From: an uncultured Christensenella sp.
GTDB taxonomy: Bacteria; Bacillota; Clostridia; Christensenellales; Aristaeellaceae
Length of the DNA: 58,157 nt
Direction of reading: 5' to 3'
NCBI GenBank assembly: GCA_964480995.1
Contig: CAYZRZ010000001.1
Location: forward strand, 1-58,157
A program made the position numbers and the translations under genes. The notes beneath the pieces are model-generated. The model was not told where the DNA came from. It saw only the letters and a program-made list of their open reading frames with translations, and did not search any database. How positions within the stretch are numbered: position 1 is the stretch's first letter; the number at the start of each line of letters is the position of its first letter. Of the stretch, positions 8,633 through 17,300 are shown piece after piece.

Positions 8633-8652
8633 TAAACGCGAATAGCCTTTTA

Positions 8653-8689
8653 GGGGAATGCGCCTTTATTCAGGCGCGTTCCCTTTTTT
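8653..8689 (+). terminator. Rho-independent terminator after the permease gene
   Basis: Stem GGGAATGCGCC (8654-8664) pairs with GGCGCGTTCCC (8673-8683), followed by TTTTTT (8684-8689). Confidence 0.8.
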
Positions 8690-8834
8690 GTTAACTGTCT
8701 GAAAGGATATTAGAAAACCAATAGTTTTCTTGCGTCTGTCCGGTCCCTCTGATATGATGAGGTCTGCCAGCTTTCATCCTTTGATAAGGCTGTGGGCAGC
8801 GGACTTTATTTTGAGAAATCGGGTTTATATCACG

Positions 8835-9635
8835 ATGAAATTAGACTTTTGCTCCCTGAGCAGCGGGTCAAGCGGTAACGCAACCTACATTGCGGCGGGA
8901 GATACACGAATTTTGATCGATGCGGGGCTGAGCGGGAGAGCCTTGACAGGCGCGCTGGACAGCATTGGCGTACTGCCGGAGAGCTTATCCGCAATATTAG
9001 TGACGCATGAGCACATTGACCATATCAAGGGAGTAGGTGTGCTTAGCCGCAAGTTTCGCATACCTGTCTACGCCAATGAACGCACCTGGGAAAACATGGC
9101 GAGAATCGTGGGAGAAATCCCTGTTGGACTCAGGCGGGTGTTTGAGACCGAGAACGATTTTTATGTCAATGACCTGGGCGTTCGCCCCATTGCCATAACG
9201 CATGATACGGTCGATCCCGTTGCCTTCAGGGTGTTTGGGGGCGGCAGGAGCGTGGCGGTGGCGACTGATATGGGCGCTGTATCAAAACGGGTCATCAAGC
9301 AGCTGGCCGGCGTCGATCTGCTGCTGATGGAGAGCAACCATGATGTTGAAATGCTTCAGCGCAACGAACGGTATTCCGCTTCGCTCAAGCGGCGCATACT
9401 GGGCAGCCGGGGCCATTTGAGCAATGACAGCTGTGCGCTTGCGCTCATGGAGCTATATGAAGGCGGCGTCAGGCATGCGCTCCTGGGGCACCTGAGCCAG
9501 GATAACAACACACCGGAACTCGCGATGCATACAGTGACCAGCGCATTGATGGGGCAGGGACTGAAGCCGGGAGAGGATATCTTCCTTGAGATGACCTGGA
9601 GAGACCGGCCCAGCGGGTTTTATACACTTGAGTAG
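8835..9635 (+). CDS. MBL-fold metallo-hydrolase (YycJ/WalJ-like)
   Basis: MKLDFCSLSSGSSGNATYI...LIDAG...VTHEHIDHIKG shows the HxHxDH motif and the YycJ-type N-terminus. ATG 8835 is chosen over the upstream ORF-track start. Confidence 0.85.
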   Translation: MKLDFCSLSSGSSGNATYIAAGDTRILIDAGLSGRALTGALDSIGVLPESLSAILVTHEHIDHIKGVGVLSRKFRIPVYANERTWENMARIVGEIPVGLRRVFETENDFYVNDLGVRPIAITHDTVDPVAFRVFGGGRSVAVATDMGAVSKRVIKQLAGVDLLLMESNHDVEMLQRNERYSASLKRRILGSRGHLSNDSCALALMELYEGGVRHALLGHLSQDNNTPELAMHTVTSALMGQGLKPGEDIFLEMTWRDRPSGFYTLE

Positions 9636-10383
9636 GAACCGGGGAGCAGGCTATATTGCAGGCGCCGTTTTATGCCCCGTGCTTGTGTTTGTTCTTGGCA
9701 GGGTGCTTGCCCCTAATATTCCCGAAACTGTCATCGGCCTGTTTTTATATACGGGAGTCGTGGAGATCTTGTTGATCGGTGTGCCCGCGCTGCTCCTGAT
9801 GCTCAGGAAGAGGGACGCGTATCGGGGGCTATTGGCTTGGCCTGATATATATCCCACCGGCTTGGTGATCCTTTCCTCAGCGGCGTATGTGCTGGCGGCT
9901 GTGCTTGTTACTGCTGTCTGGTCGGCGCTGCTGCAGCGTCTGGGGATCGGTTTGCCCACAGAGGCTGATCTGCCGCCGGCAACAGGCGCGGGTGAACTGG
10001 CTGCGGCGCTGTTATGCGCGGCTTTTATACCCGCTGTTTGTGAGGAACTGCTGTTTCGGGGCGTGATGCTTCAATTTCTTGAACGGAAAGCCGGGAAGAA
10101 GTGGGCAGTCGTTATTTGCGGGCTTGCTTTCGCGCTGCTGCATTTTTCCTTCCACAGCTTTGCCGCTCTGGCGGTCATCGGTCTGTTTCTATCCGCGCTG
10201 ACAATCAGGTACCGGAGTTTGTGGCTCGCTGTCATCTTTCATTTTTTGTATAACGCCCTGGTGATCGTGATGCAGTCTCTGGGCGGCATGCCCTCCATCC
10301 AAACCGTATTTTTGTGCGCGGGGGTATTTACCGCTGCATTTTATCTGCTATTTCATAAGCGGGAGGGAAGAACATGGATTTGA
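9628..10383 (+). CDS. CPBP-family intramembrane glutamic endopeptidase (CAAX protease/Abi family)
   Basis: The EELLFRG motif and the FALLHF and HFLYN motifs sit in a polytopic protein. The TTG start overlaps the upstream stop. Confidence 0.8.
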   Translation: MSRNRGAGYIAGAVLCPVLVFVLGRVLAPNIPETVIGLFLYTGVVEILLIGVPALLLMLRKRDAYRGLLAWPDIYPTGLVILSSAAYVLAAVLVTAVWSALLQRLGIGLPTEADLPPATGAGELAAALLCAAFIPAVCEELLFRGVMLQFLERKAGKKWAVVICGLAFALLHFSFHSFAALAVIGLFLSALTIRYRSLWLAVIFHFLYNALVIVMQSLGGMPSIQTVFLCAGVFTAAFYLLFHKREGRTWI

Positions 10384-11078
10384 TGGTCATTGGCTGTGAT
10401 GGAACATATCCTTCGGCAAACGGCGCGTGCAGCGGATATCTGGTCAGGGCGGGGGATGCCAGAATTCTGATGGACTGCGGCAGCGGGGTCATGAGCAAGC
10501 TGATGGCCCTGATGGACCCGGCGAGGCTCAGTGCCGTGATCCTGACTCACTGGCATAACGATCACGCCAGCGATATGCTGGTCCTGCGTTACTACCTGCA
10601 GATATACAAGCGGAAGCTGGCTGTATATGCTCCCCTGGAGCAGCATCCATTGATGCGGATGTGTGAAGGGAGCGAGTTTATTCTGCGGGATATCAGGGAA
10701 CTTGAAGAGATTGACGGTATCCGGATAGAGACACTGCCGGTCAGCCATCCTGTTGCGGCTTATGCTGTTCGTATAAGCTATGAGGAGAAAGTACTTGTTT
10801 ATACCGGCGATACCAATCGATGGGAGCCTTTGGTTGGGTTCTGCAAAGATGCGGACGCGCTGATCTGCGACGCGACCTTTCAAGAGGACGGGTGGCATGA
10901 CCGGCTGCCTCACCTGACGGCAGCCCAGGCAGCAGAGCTCGGGAAACAAGCGGCTGTCAAGCGGCTGATCCTGACGCATTTTCAGCCGGGATCAGACGCG
11001 CAAAGCCTGACGCGTGAAGCCCAGGCGGTATATCCCGCAAGCGAACCCGCAAAGCCCGGCATCTGGCTTAGCTTGTGA
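10374..11078 (+). CDS. MBL-fold metallo-hydrolase (RNase Z/ElaC-like small form)
   Basis: GCDGTYPSANGACSGYLV...LMDCGSG...LTHWHNDHASD shows HxHxDH. It overlaps both neighbouring genes. Confidence 0.8.
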   Translation: MDLMVIGCDGTYPSANGACSGYLVRAGDARILMDCGSGVMSKLMALMDPARLSAVILTHWHNDHASDMLVLRYYLQIYKRKLAVYAPLEQHPLMRMCEGSEFILRDIRELEEIDGIRIETLPVSHPVAAYAVRISYEEKVLVYTGDTNRWEPLVGFCKDADALICDATFQEDGWHDRLPHLTAAQAAELGKQAAVKRLILTHFQPGSDAQSLTREAQAVYPASEPAKPGIWLSL

Positions 11079-13420
11079 ACCAAAGGGCTTTTTATAACCA
11101 AAGGCCTCTTGTTTGTCTGGCTTTAAGCTTTGCATTGGGGACTTTTGCCGGCGGATATAGGATGGGGCTTTCGTTTGTATTGCCTGCGGTGGGGCTGACA
11201 TCCTCAGTATTGCTTGTGGTTTTCTTGTTGTACAGTCGAAAGCCTCTATTGCTTGGGCTGTGTTTCTTACTATTTTTCTCCGGGATGGCTCGCGCTCAGG
11301 CGGCCGTCAACCCCGTCCTTCCGCCTGAAGGCAAGTATCATATAAGCGCTGCGGTTGCGGGGTTAGCGGAACGCCGGGAAGATGACGGACGTGTCAAGGC
11401 TTTGCTGCGTGATTTGGAAATTGAAGATGAGCAAGCGAAAAGGTACCATATCAAGTCTGCCTATTGGACTTACTACCCTTCTATGGATGCGCCGCTCCCG
11501 CTGGACGGACAGCGTATCAATATGACGGCTTCGGTTTACCACCCTTTGGGCAGACAGAATCCCCAGGGCTTTAACTTCAGGCTGTATCTTTTACAGAGAG
11601 GCATCACCCTGGGTGTCAGCGGCGCAAAGGACCTCATGCTTACGCCGGTTGATCAGAAGATCCCCTCAGATCCCTGGCTGCGGGCAAGAATCTGGTTAGG
11701 GGACTTGTATGATAAGGCGATAGGGGAAGGGAGCGAGTTGATCCGCGCCCTTCTCTGGGGCGACCGCAGCGGGCTTGGGGATGAGGTCGAGGGGAGCTTT
11801 CGGGCTACAGGCATCACCCATGTTTTGTCGGTATCCGGCCTGCATGTCAGCATCCTCGCGGGGGCGTTGCTATATTTGCTCGCAGCGGCCGGCATGCCGC
11901 CCAGACAGCGGTTTATTGTTGTCGTGGTCGCTCTGGCGCTATACTGCAGATTGCTTAACTTTGAAGCACCTGTTCTTCGCTCCGCCGTTATGAGCGCTGT
12001 ATTGCTTGGCGCGCGCCTGTACGACGAGCGCAGCGATCCATTGACAAGCCTGTCTGTCGCAATGATGGTAATCCTTGCGTGGAGGCCGCTTGATCTTTTC
12101 CATGTCGGCTTTCAGCTGTCCTTTTTAGCGGTTTTAGGGATGTTTACGCTGGGTGACCGCTTCAATGATATGTACGGCAAGGTGATGAGGCACAGAAAGC
12201 GAAACCGTCATGCTGACAAGAGCGTCGCAGCCCTGCAGGCGACTGTCAGCGCCACTGCCTTCACGGCACCGATCATGATCAATACATTCCATGGCTTTTC
12301 TCTGATTGGGATTCTTTTCAGCCCGATTGCCTGCCTGATCATTGGCATCCTGATGCTGTATGGGATGGCGATCATGCCGTTTGCCTTGTTATGGATGCCC
12401 CTTGCACAGTTTCTAGCCATGCCTTTAAGCTGGGGCAGCCAATTGTTTATACAGCTGACGGATGCGGTCGCTTCCCTTCCGTTTCCCGCTGTACGATCGG
12501 CATCCCTCGGCGGAGTGGGGCTTGTCCTTTGCTATGCCGCCCTGCTTCTTTGCACAAGGTATGTTCGCGTTAAGAAGCGTCTGCTGCGTCTGACAGCCAT
12601 CACCCTGACCGTGGCTGTTATGACAGGACTGTCCCTTTACAGCCATCAAATGGACAAAAGAGATGTACGCTATACATTATTCAGTTCAGGAAATGCGGAT
12701 GCGGCTGTCATCGAGGACGGGAGACAGACCTTTGTAATCGACGCGGCAGAACAGGGGGGAGATCTATGCTCTTATCTGAGATGCAAGGGGAGGGACATAG
12801 ATATCCTCTTCATTTCGCATCTTCATAATGACCATATCGGGGGACTCCGAGAACTGTTAGAGCAGCGGGTGACCATCAGACAGATCGTGCTGCCCGCTCA
12901 TGCGGAGGAGACTCTAAGATCGGATGACAGCCATGAAATACTGCGCATGGCGAAAGAAGCGGGCATTCCTATCCTTTTTGCCGCGAAAGGCGACAGATTT
13001 GAGGGAGAACGCGTAAAGCTGGATGTCCTGTGGCCGATTTATGGTAAAATGTATCCGGGTATGGATGCCAACCACAACTCATTGGCTCTGCTGGTCGATT
13101 TGAATGGCCTGTCGCTGCTGACAGCAGGTGATCTGACGCAGGAGTACGAGATGTATTCCGCTGTGCCGGCTCAGGTATTGAAGGTCGCCCATCACGGCGC
13201 TAAGGGCAGCACGAGTCCCGAGTATCTGCATGCTGTGTCCCCTCAGCTTGCGCTTCTGACAGCCAGCTCCGCCCGCATGCAGTATGCCTCCGCCGCGATG
13301 AAGCGGCTGTACGTTATGGGCATCCCTGTCTGGGGAACGCAGGAAGGGCGGGCGGTCATCATGACGATTCCAAGCCCGGGCAGCGTAAGCATTCAGCACT
13401 ATAAGGATCGGGGGATATAA
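11075..13420 (+). CDS. comEC: DNA internalisation-related competence protein ComEC/Rec2
   Basis: The competence domain motif FRATGITHVLSVSGLHVSILAG, many TM helices and a C-terminal MBL domain (ISHLHNDHIGG) are present. Confidence 0.9.
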   Translation: MNQRAFYNQRPLVCLALSFALGTFAGGYRMGLSFVLPAVGLTSSVLLVVFLLYSRKPLLLGLCFLLFFSGMARAQAAVNPVLPPEGKYHISAAVAGLAERREDDGRVKALLRDLEIEDEQAKRYHIKSAYWTYYPSMDAPLPLDGQRINMTASVYHPLGRQNPQGFNFRLYLLQRGITLGVSGAKDLMLTPVDQKIPSDPWLRARIWLGDLYDKAIGEGSELIRALLWGDRSGLGDEVEGSFRATGITHVLSVSGLHVSILAGALLYLLAAAGMPPRQRFIVVVVALALYCRLLNFEAPVLRSAVMSAVLLGARLYDERSDPLTSLSVAMMVILAWRPLDLFHVGFQLSFLAVLGMFTLGDRFNDMYGKVMRHRKRNRHADKSVAALQATVSATAFTAPIMINTFHGFSLIGILFSPIACLIIGILMLYGMAIMPFALLWMPLAQFLAMPLSWGSQLFIQLTDAVASLPFPAVRSASLGGVGLVLCYAALLLCTRYVRVKKRLLRLTAITLTVAVMTGLSLYSHQMDKRDVRYTLFSSGNADAAVIEDGRQTFVIDAAEQGGDLCSYLRCKGRDIDILFISHLHNDHIGGLRELLEQRVTIRQIVLPAHAEETLRSDDSHEILRMAKEAGIPILFAAKGDRFEGERVKLDVLWPIYGKMYPGMDANHNSLALLVDLNGLSLLTAGDLTQEYEMYSAVPAQVLKVAHHGAKGSTSPEYLHAVSPQLALLTASSARMQYASAAMKRLYVMGIPVWGTQEGRAVIMTIPSPGSVSIQHYKDRGI

Positions 13421-14472
13421 TGAATCGGGAAAGTTTTTATTCCGCGCTGAAATCATCGGATATACTGACCTGCTATCTGTTTGAGGGAGAAGAGGAATAT
13501 ACCAAGGAGAGCGCGCTGCGCGCTCTGCGAAGCGCTGTGCTGAAAGACGATCCGACAGGACTCAACGCGACCGTTCTGACGGACCCGGACGCGGACACGC
13601 TGATCGCCTGCGCCGAAACCCTGCCCATGATGGCGGACCGCCGGTTTGTATTGGTCAAGGAGTCTTCACTGCTGCAGGTGTCGAAATCTCAGGATGGTGA
13701 GGAAAAAGCATCTTTAAAAAGCGGTTCGGGTGACCGAATTGCTGAGTATATATCAGATCTTCCCGGCACCGTTTGCCTTGTTTTTTATGTCAAGGGAAAA
13801 GCAAACGCCTCCCGCAAGCTGTACAAGGGGATCGCGAAGCTTGGAGGCGTGGTCAGTTTTGAACCCTTGGACCAGACAATGATGATCAAATGGATCGCCA
13901 AAGAGCTGAAAAGCTATGGCAAGCAAATTGATCGCCGCACGGCAGAGCAGATCATATTTGCTGTAGGGCAGGATATGCACAGGCTCGCTAATGAGCTTGC
14001 CAAGCTGTCGGCCTATGCGGGGGATCGTGACGCGGTGACGATGGAGGACATTGATGCCATTTGTACGAAATCAACGGAATACAGAGTATTTGATCTGTCA
14101 GACGCGATGGTCAAGGGCAACGCGGCCGCGGCCAGCCGGTTGATGGCGGATATGCTCAGGGAAGGAGAGCAGCGGCTGATGCTGCTGAGCCTCTTGCAGC
14201 GCCAGTACCGGCAATTACTCTTTATAAAGATATTGTCAAATGAGAGGATGTCGCCGGACATGATGTCAAAACATTTGTCCCTGTCTCCCTTCGTCGTCCG
14301 CAAGCTGCAGCCCCTTGCCCATAACTATCCGGTGGATGAACTGCTCTGGGCCCAGAACCTGCTCACGGATACGGAGTTTTTTGTCAAATCCGGCCAGATA
14401 CCGGAGGAGGGCTCGCTTGAGCAGGCGGTGTACCGTTTGCTTGCAAAGCGGATGAAGGAGCAGGCTTCATGA
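13420..14472 (+). CDS. holA: DNA polymerase III subunit delta
   Basis: The size, position after comEC, YLFEGEEEY N-terminus and clamp-loader delta-like helical C-terminus fit. The start overlaps the comEC stop (ATAATGA). Confidence 0.85.
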   Translation: MNRESFYSALKSSDILTCYLFEGEEEYTKESALRALRSAVLKDDPTGLNATVLTDPDADTLIACAETLPMMADRRFVLVKESSLLQVSKSQDGEEKASLKSGSGDRIAEYISDLPGTVCLVFYVKGKANASRKLYKGIAKLGGVVSFEPLDQTMMIKWIAKELKSYGKQIDRRTAEQIIFAVGQDMHRLANELAKLSAYAGDRDAVTMEDIDAICTKSTEYRVFDLSDAMVKGNAAAASRLMADMLREGEQRLMLLSLLQRQYRQLLFIKILSNERMSPDMMSKHLSLSPFVVRKLQPLAHNYPVDELLWAQNLLTDTEFFVKSGQIPEEGSLEQAVYRLLAKRMKEQAS

Positions 14473-15167
14473 TTGAACAACTGACGGAACTGCTGGCGGG
14501 ACATGGAATTGAGCTGGGCGCGCATGGGGAAGAATTGCAGGTCTATCATGACATGCTGCTTCAATGGAATACCAAAATGGATCTGACGAATGTAGCGCCT
14601 GAAGAGATGGCTTTGCGGCACTATGCCGATTCGCTTGTTCCGCTGAAGAACGCAAGCTGGTTCGCGCGGGGGACCAGCATGATCGATGTCGGCACCGGAG
14701 CGGGCTTTCCCGGCATGGCGATCGGGATCATGCGGCCTGATATGAAGATCCTGCTGCTGGATTCTCTGAAAAAGCGATGCGATTTTATATCTGCTGTGGT
14801 GGATGAGCTGGGTTTGAAGAATATAACAGTGCTTCACGCGCGGGCTGAGGATGCGGCAAGAGATAAATGGCGGGGATACTTTGATATCTCCGCTGCGAGG
14901 GCGGTTGCCCCCATGCGGGTTTTGATCGAATACCTGCTGCCTTTCGTCAAGGTGGGCGGCCAGGCGCTTTGCTGGAAGGGTCCCGGCCTGGATGAGGAGC
15001 TGTCTGAACTGAAAAGCGCCCTCTTCCTGCTGAAGGGGCGCCTTGGTGAGCGGATGGCCTTGGACCTGCCAGGGTTTGAGCACAGTGTACAGGCTGTGAT
15101 CAAGACCGCGCCGACGCCCCAGCCTTATCCGCGAAAATCGGGCCTGCCAAAGAAGGATCCCTTATAA
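14469..15167 (+). CDS. rsmG: 16S rRNA (guanine527-N7)-methyltransferase
   Basis: LLQWNTKMDLTN and the SAM motif DVGTGAGFPGMAIGI are typical of GidB/RsmG. Confidence 0.9.
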   Translation: MIEQLTELLAGHGIELGAHGEELQVYHDMLLQWNTKMDLTNVAPEEMALRHYADSLVPLKNASWFARGTSMIDVGTGAGFPGMAIGIMRPDMKILLLDSLKKRCDFISAVVDELGLKNITVLHARAEDAARDKWRGYFDISAARAVAPMRVLIEYLLPFVKVGGQALCWKGPGLDEELSELKSALFLLKGRLGERMALDLPGFEHSVQAVIKTAPTPQPYPRKSGLPKKDPL

Positions 15168-15890
15168 TGTACTCCTCGCAAAAACATACATCCCGATGCC
15201 GGCGGCAATCGACAAATTGAGGGAGTCGATGCTTCCGCTGTGCGGGATACGAACGGCCTGCCCCAGAGAAGCAAAATTCTCCGGCAGGCCGCTTCCTTCG
15301 TTGCCCATAATCAGAGCATAGGGTCCATGGACCTGCATGGACGCATCCTCCGGGCTGACAGCGCCTGTCAGCATGAAGGGAAAAAGGGATCGGCCGGGGT
15401 GCTCATCGCGGTAGCTGTCAAAATCCTCATAGCATTTGACGCGCAGCGAAAAAAGAGCGCCCATGCTGGCCCGGATGACATGCGGATCGAAATGATCTGC
15501 CGCGGGGCGGATGATGGCTATATCGATATATCCAAATCCAAGGGCTGACCGCAGGATGGTGCCCATATTTCCCTTATCGCTGGGATGATGGAGCACAAGG
15601 TGCATGATCCCTTCGGAGAGCTTGCCTTCTTCTTTATCAAATACGGCGGAAGCGAATACATTTTCCTTCCCCGACAACCGTGCCAGCATGCGATCGGCAG
15701 GCTCTGTGCGGATGTGATTCGCGTCACACAAAGCAAATAGTTCCGACGCCGCGCCGGTGCCTTGCAGCTTGCTGCTGACAAGTACCCGCCTGACAAGGTC
15801 CGGGCGCTTCTTGATGGCCTCCATGCAGGGGAAAAGACCGGGCGCATAGGAGTAGTCAAGCCCTTTATGGTAGAGTTCAAGGCTGGGCAT
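15162..15890 (-). CDS. TrmH/SpoU-family RNA 2'-O-methyltransferase
   Basis: SpoU motifs DKGNMGTILRSALGFG, IMGNEGSGLP and SLNLSIAAGI are present. It is the last gene of the minus-strand block. Confidence 0.85.
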   Translation of the reverse strand: MPSLELYHKGLDYSYAPGLFPCMEAIKKRPDLVRRVLVSSKLQGTGAASELFALCDANHIRTEPADRMLARLSGKENVFASAVFDKEEGKLSEGIMHLVLHHPSDKGNMGTILRSALGFGYIDIAIIRPAADHFDPHVIRASMGALFSLRVKCYEDFDSYRDEHPGRSLFPFMLTGAVSPEDASMQVHGPYALIMGNEGSGLPENFASLGQAVRIPHSGSIDSLNLSIAAGIGMYVFARSTL

Positions 15891-15899
15891 CTGATTGCC

Positions 15900-17300
15900 T
15901 CATTTCAAAAATTGCTTCAGCATGTTTGTTTTATGTTCGCCGAAGGGAGGATAACGGAAGGGCAAATCAGCTTTGCCCTTGTACACGATACTCTTGTAAT
16001 GCGTAAATGTGTCAAAGCTCTTTTTTCCGTGATAGCTGCCCAAGCCGCTGTTTCCGATGCCGCCAAAGGGCAGGTGCGGATTACTTGTGTGTACCAGGGT
16101 ATCGTTGATACAGCCTCCGCCAAAGGAGATCGCGCGCAGCAAGGCGTTGGCTCGCTCTTCCTTATCGGTAAATATATAACAGGCTAAGGGGCGCTCACGC
16201 TGATTGATCTCATGGACCGCTTCATCCAGAGATGTGAAGCTGATCACCGGCAGAATGGGCCCGAATATCTCTTCCTGCATGATGGGGGAATCCCAGGTGA
16301 CATGCTCAAGCAGCGTTGGAGAGATTTTTTGCCCGTCGCCCTGACCGCCGGCATAGACGGATTCGTTTTCCATCAGTTTCATCAGGCGGCTGTAATGCCG
16401 CTCATTGATGATCTTGGGCCAATCGGGAGAATGCAGCGGGTGGCCGCCGTAAAACTGATTCCAGTTATCCTGAATAAGCTCCATCAGCTTTGGCTTGACT
16501 TTTTCGTGCACCAGGAGATAATCCGGAGCCACACAGGTCTGGCCCGCGTTGATGACCTTACCAAAGGCGATGCGTTTGGCGGAAAGCTCAAGGTCTGCGC
16601 CGGCGTCTACGATACAGGGACTTTTGCCGCCAAGCTCAAGGGTCAGGGGTGTCAAATGCTCTGCCGCCTTCTTCATGACTTCGCGGCCGATCCCCGTGCT
16701 GCCTGTAAAAAAGATATAGTCAAACTTCTCTTCAAGCAAAGCCCGGCTTAACTCGGCCCCGCCGGTCAATACTGTCACGCGTTCGGGCTTCACCCAGTGC
16801 TCTGCCATATCTTCCAGCAGACGCGCAGTGGCGGGGGCGAGCTCGCTTGGTTTGAGAATGCAGCGATTGCCTGCGGCAATGGCTCCGATCAAGGGGAGCA
16901 TGCTCAGCTGAAAAGGATAATTCCATGGGGCCAGTATGAGCACAAGCCCGAAGGGTTCGGGATACAGGTAATTTCTTCCGGGGAAGGTTGACAGCGATCC
17001 CCTCACGCGCTTGGGACGTATCCATTTTTTCAGGCGCTTGAGCGTGAAATTGATCTCTGACAGCACGATACCCGTCTCAGTCATATAGCTTTCTGTGGAT
17101 GACTTGGCCAGGTCAGCGTACAGCGCTTGCTCTATCTCATGCTCTCGGTCGATAATCATCTGCCTCAGCTTGAGCAGCGTATCGCGGCGCGTATGATATT
17201 CCTGGATGAAAACCGCCCTGCTGTCCTGAGACAGAAGAGCGCCTGAACGCTCGGCATCGTACGCGCGGCGCTGGAGGGCGACAAGGTCATGAACGTTCAT
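15900..17300 (-). CDS. NAD(P)-dependent aldehyde dehydrogenase (class-3-like)
   Basis: LELGGKSP, GQTCVAPDY (catalytic Cys) and FGGIGNSGLGSYHGK are present. Its ATG lies inside the last 14 nt of the upstream helicase gene. Confidence 0.9.
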   Translation of the reverse strand: MNVHDLVALQRRAYDAERSGALLSQDSRAVFIQEYHTRRDTLLKLRQMIIDREHEIEQALYADLAKSSTESYMTETGIVLSEINFTLKRLKKWIRPKRVRGSLSTFPGRNYLYPEPFGLVLILAPWNYPFQLSMLPLIGAIAAGNRCILKPSELAPATARLLEDMAEHWVKPERVTVLTGGAELSRALLEEKFDYIFFTGSTGIGREVMKKAAEHLTPLTLELGGKSPCIVDAGADLELSAKRIAFGKVINAGQTCVAPDYLLVHEKVKPKLMELIQDNWNQFYGGHPLHSPDWPKIINERHYSRLMKLMENESVYAGGQGDGQKISPTLLEHVTWDSPIMQEEIFGPILPVISFTSLDEAVHEINQRERPLACYIFTDKEERANALLRAISFGGGCINDTLVHTSNPHLPFGGIGNSGLGSYHGKKSFDTFTHYKSIVYKGKADLPFRYPPFGEHKTNMLKQFLK

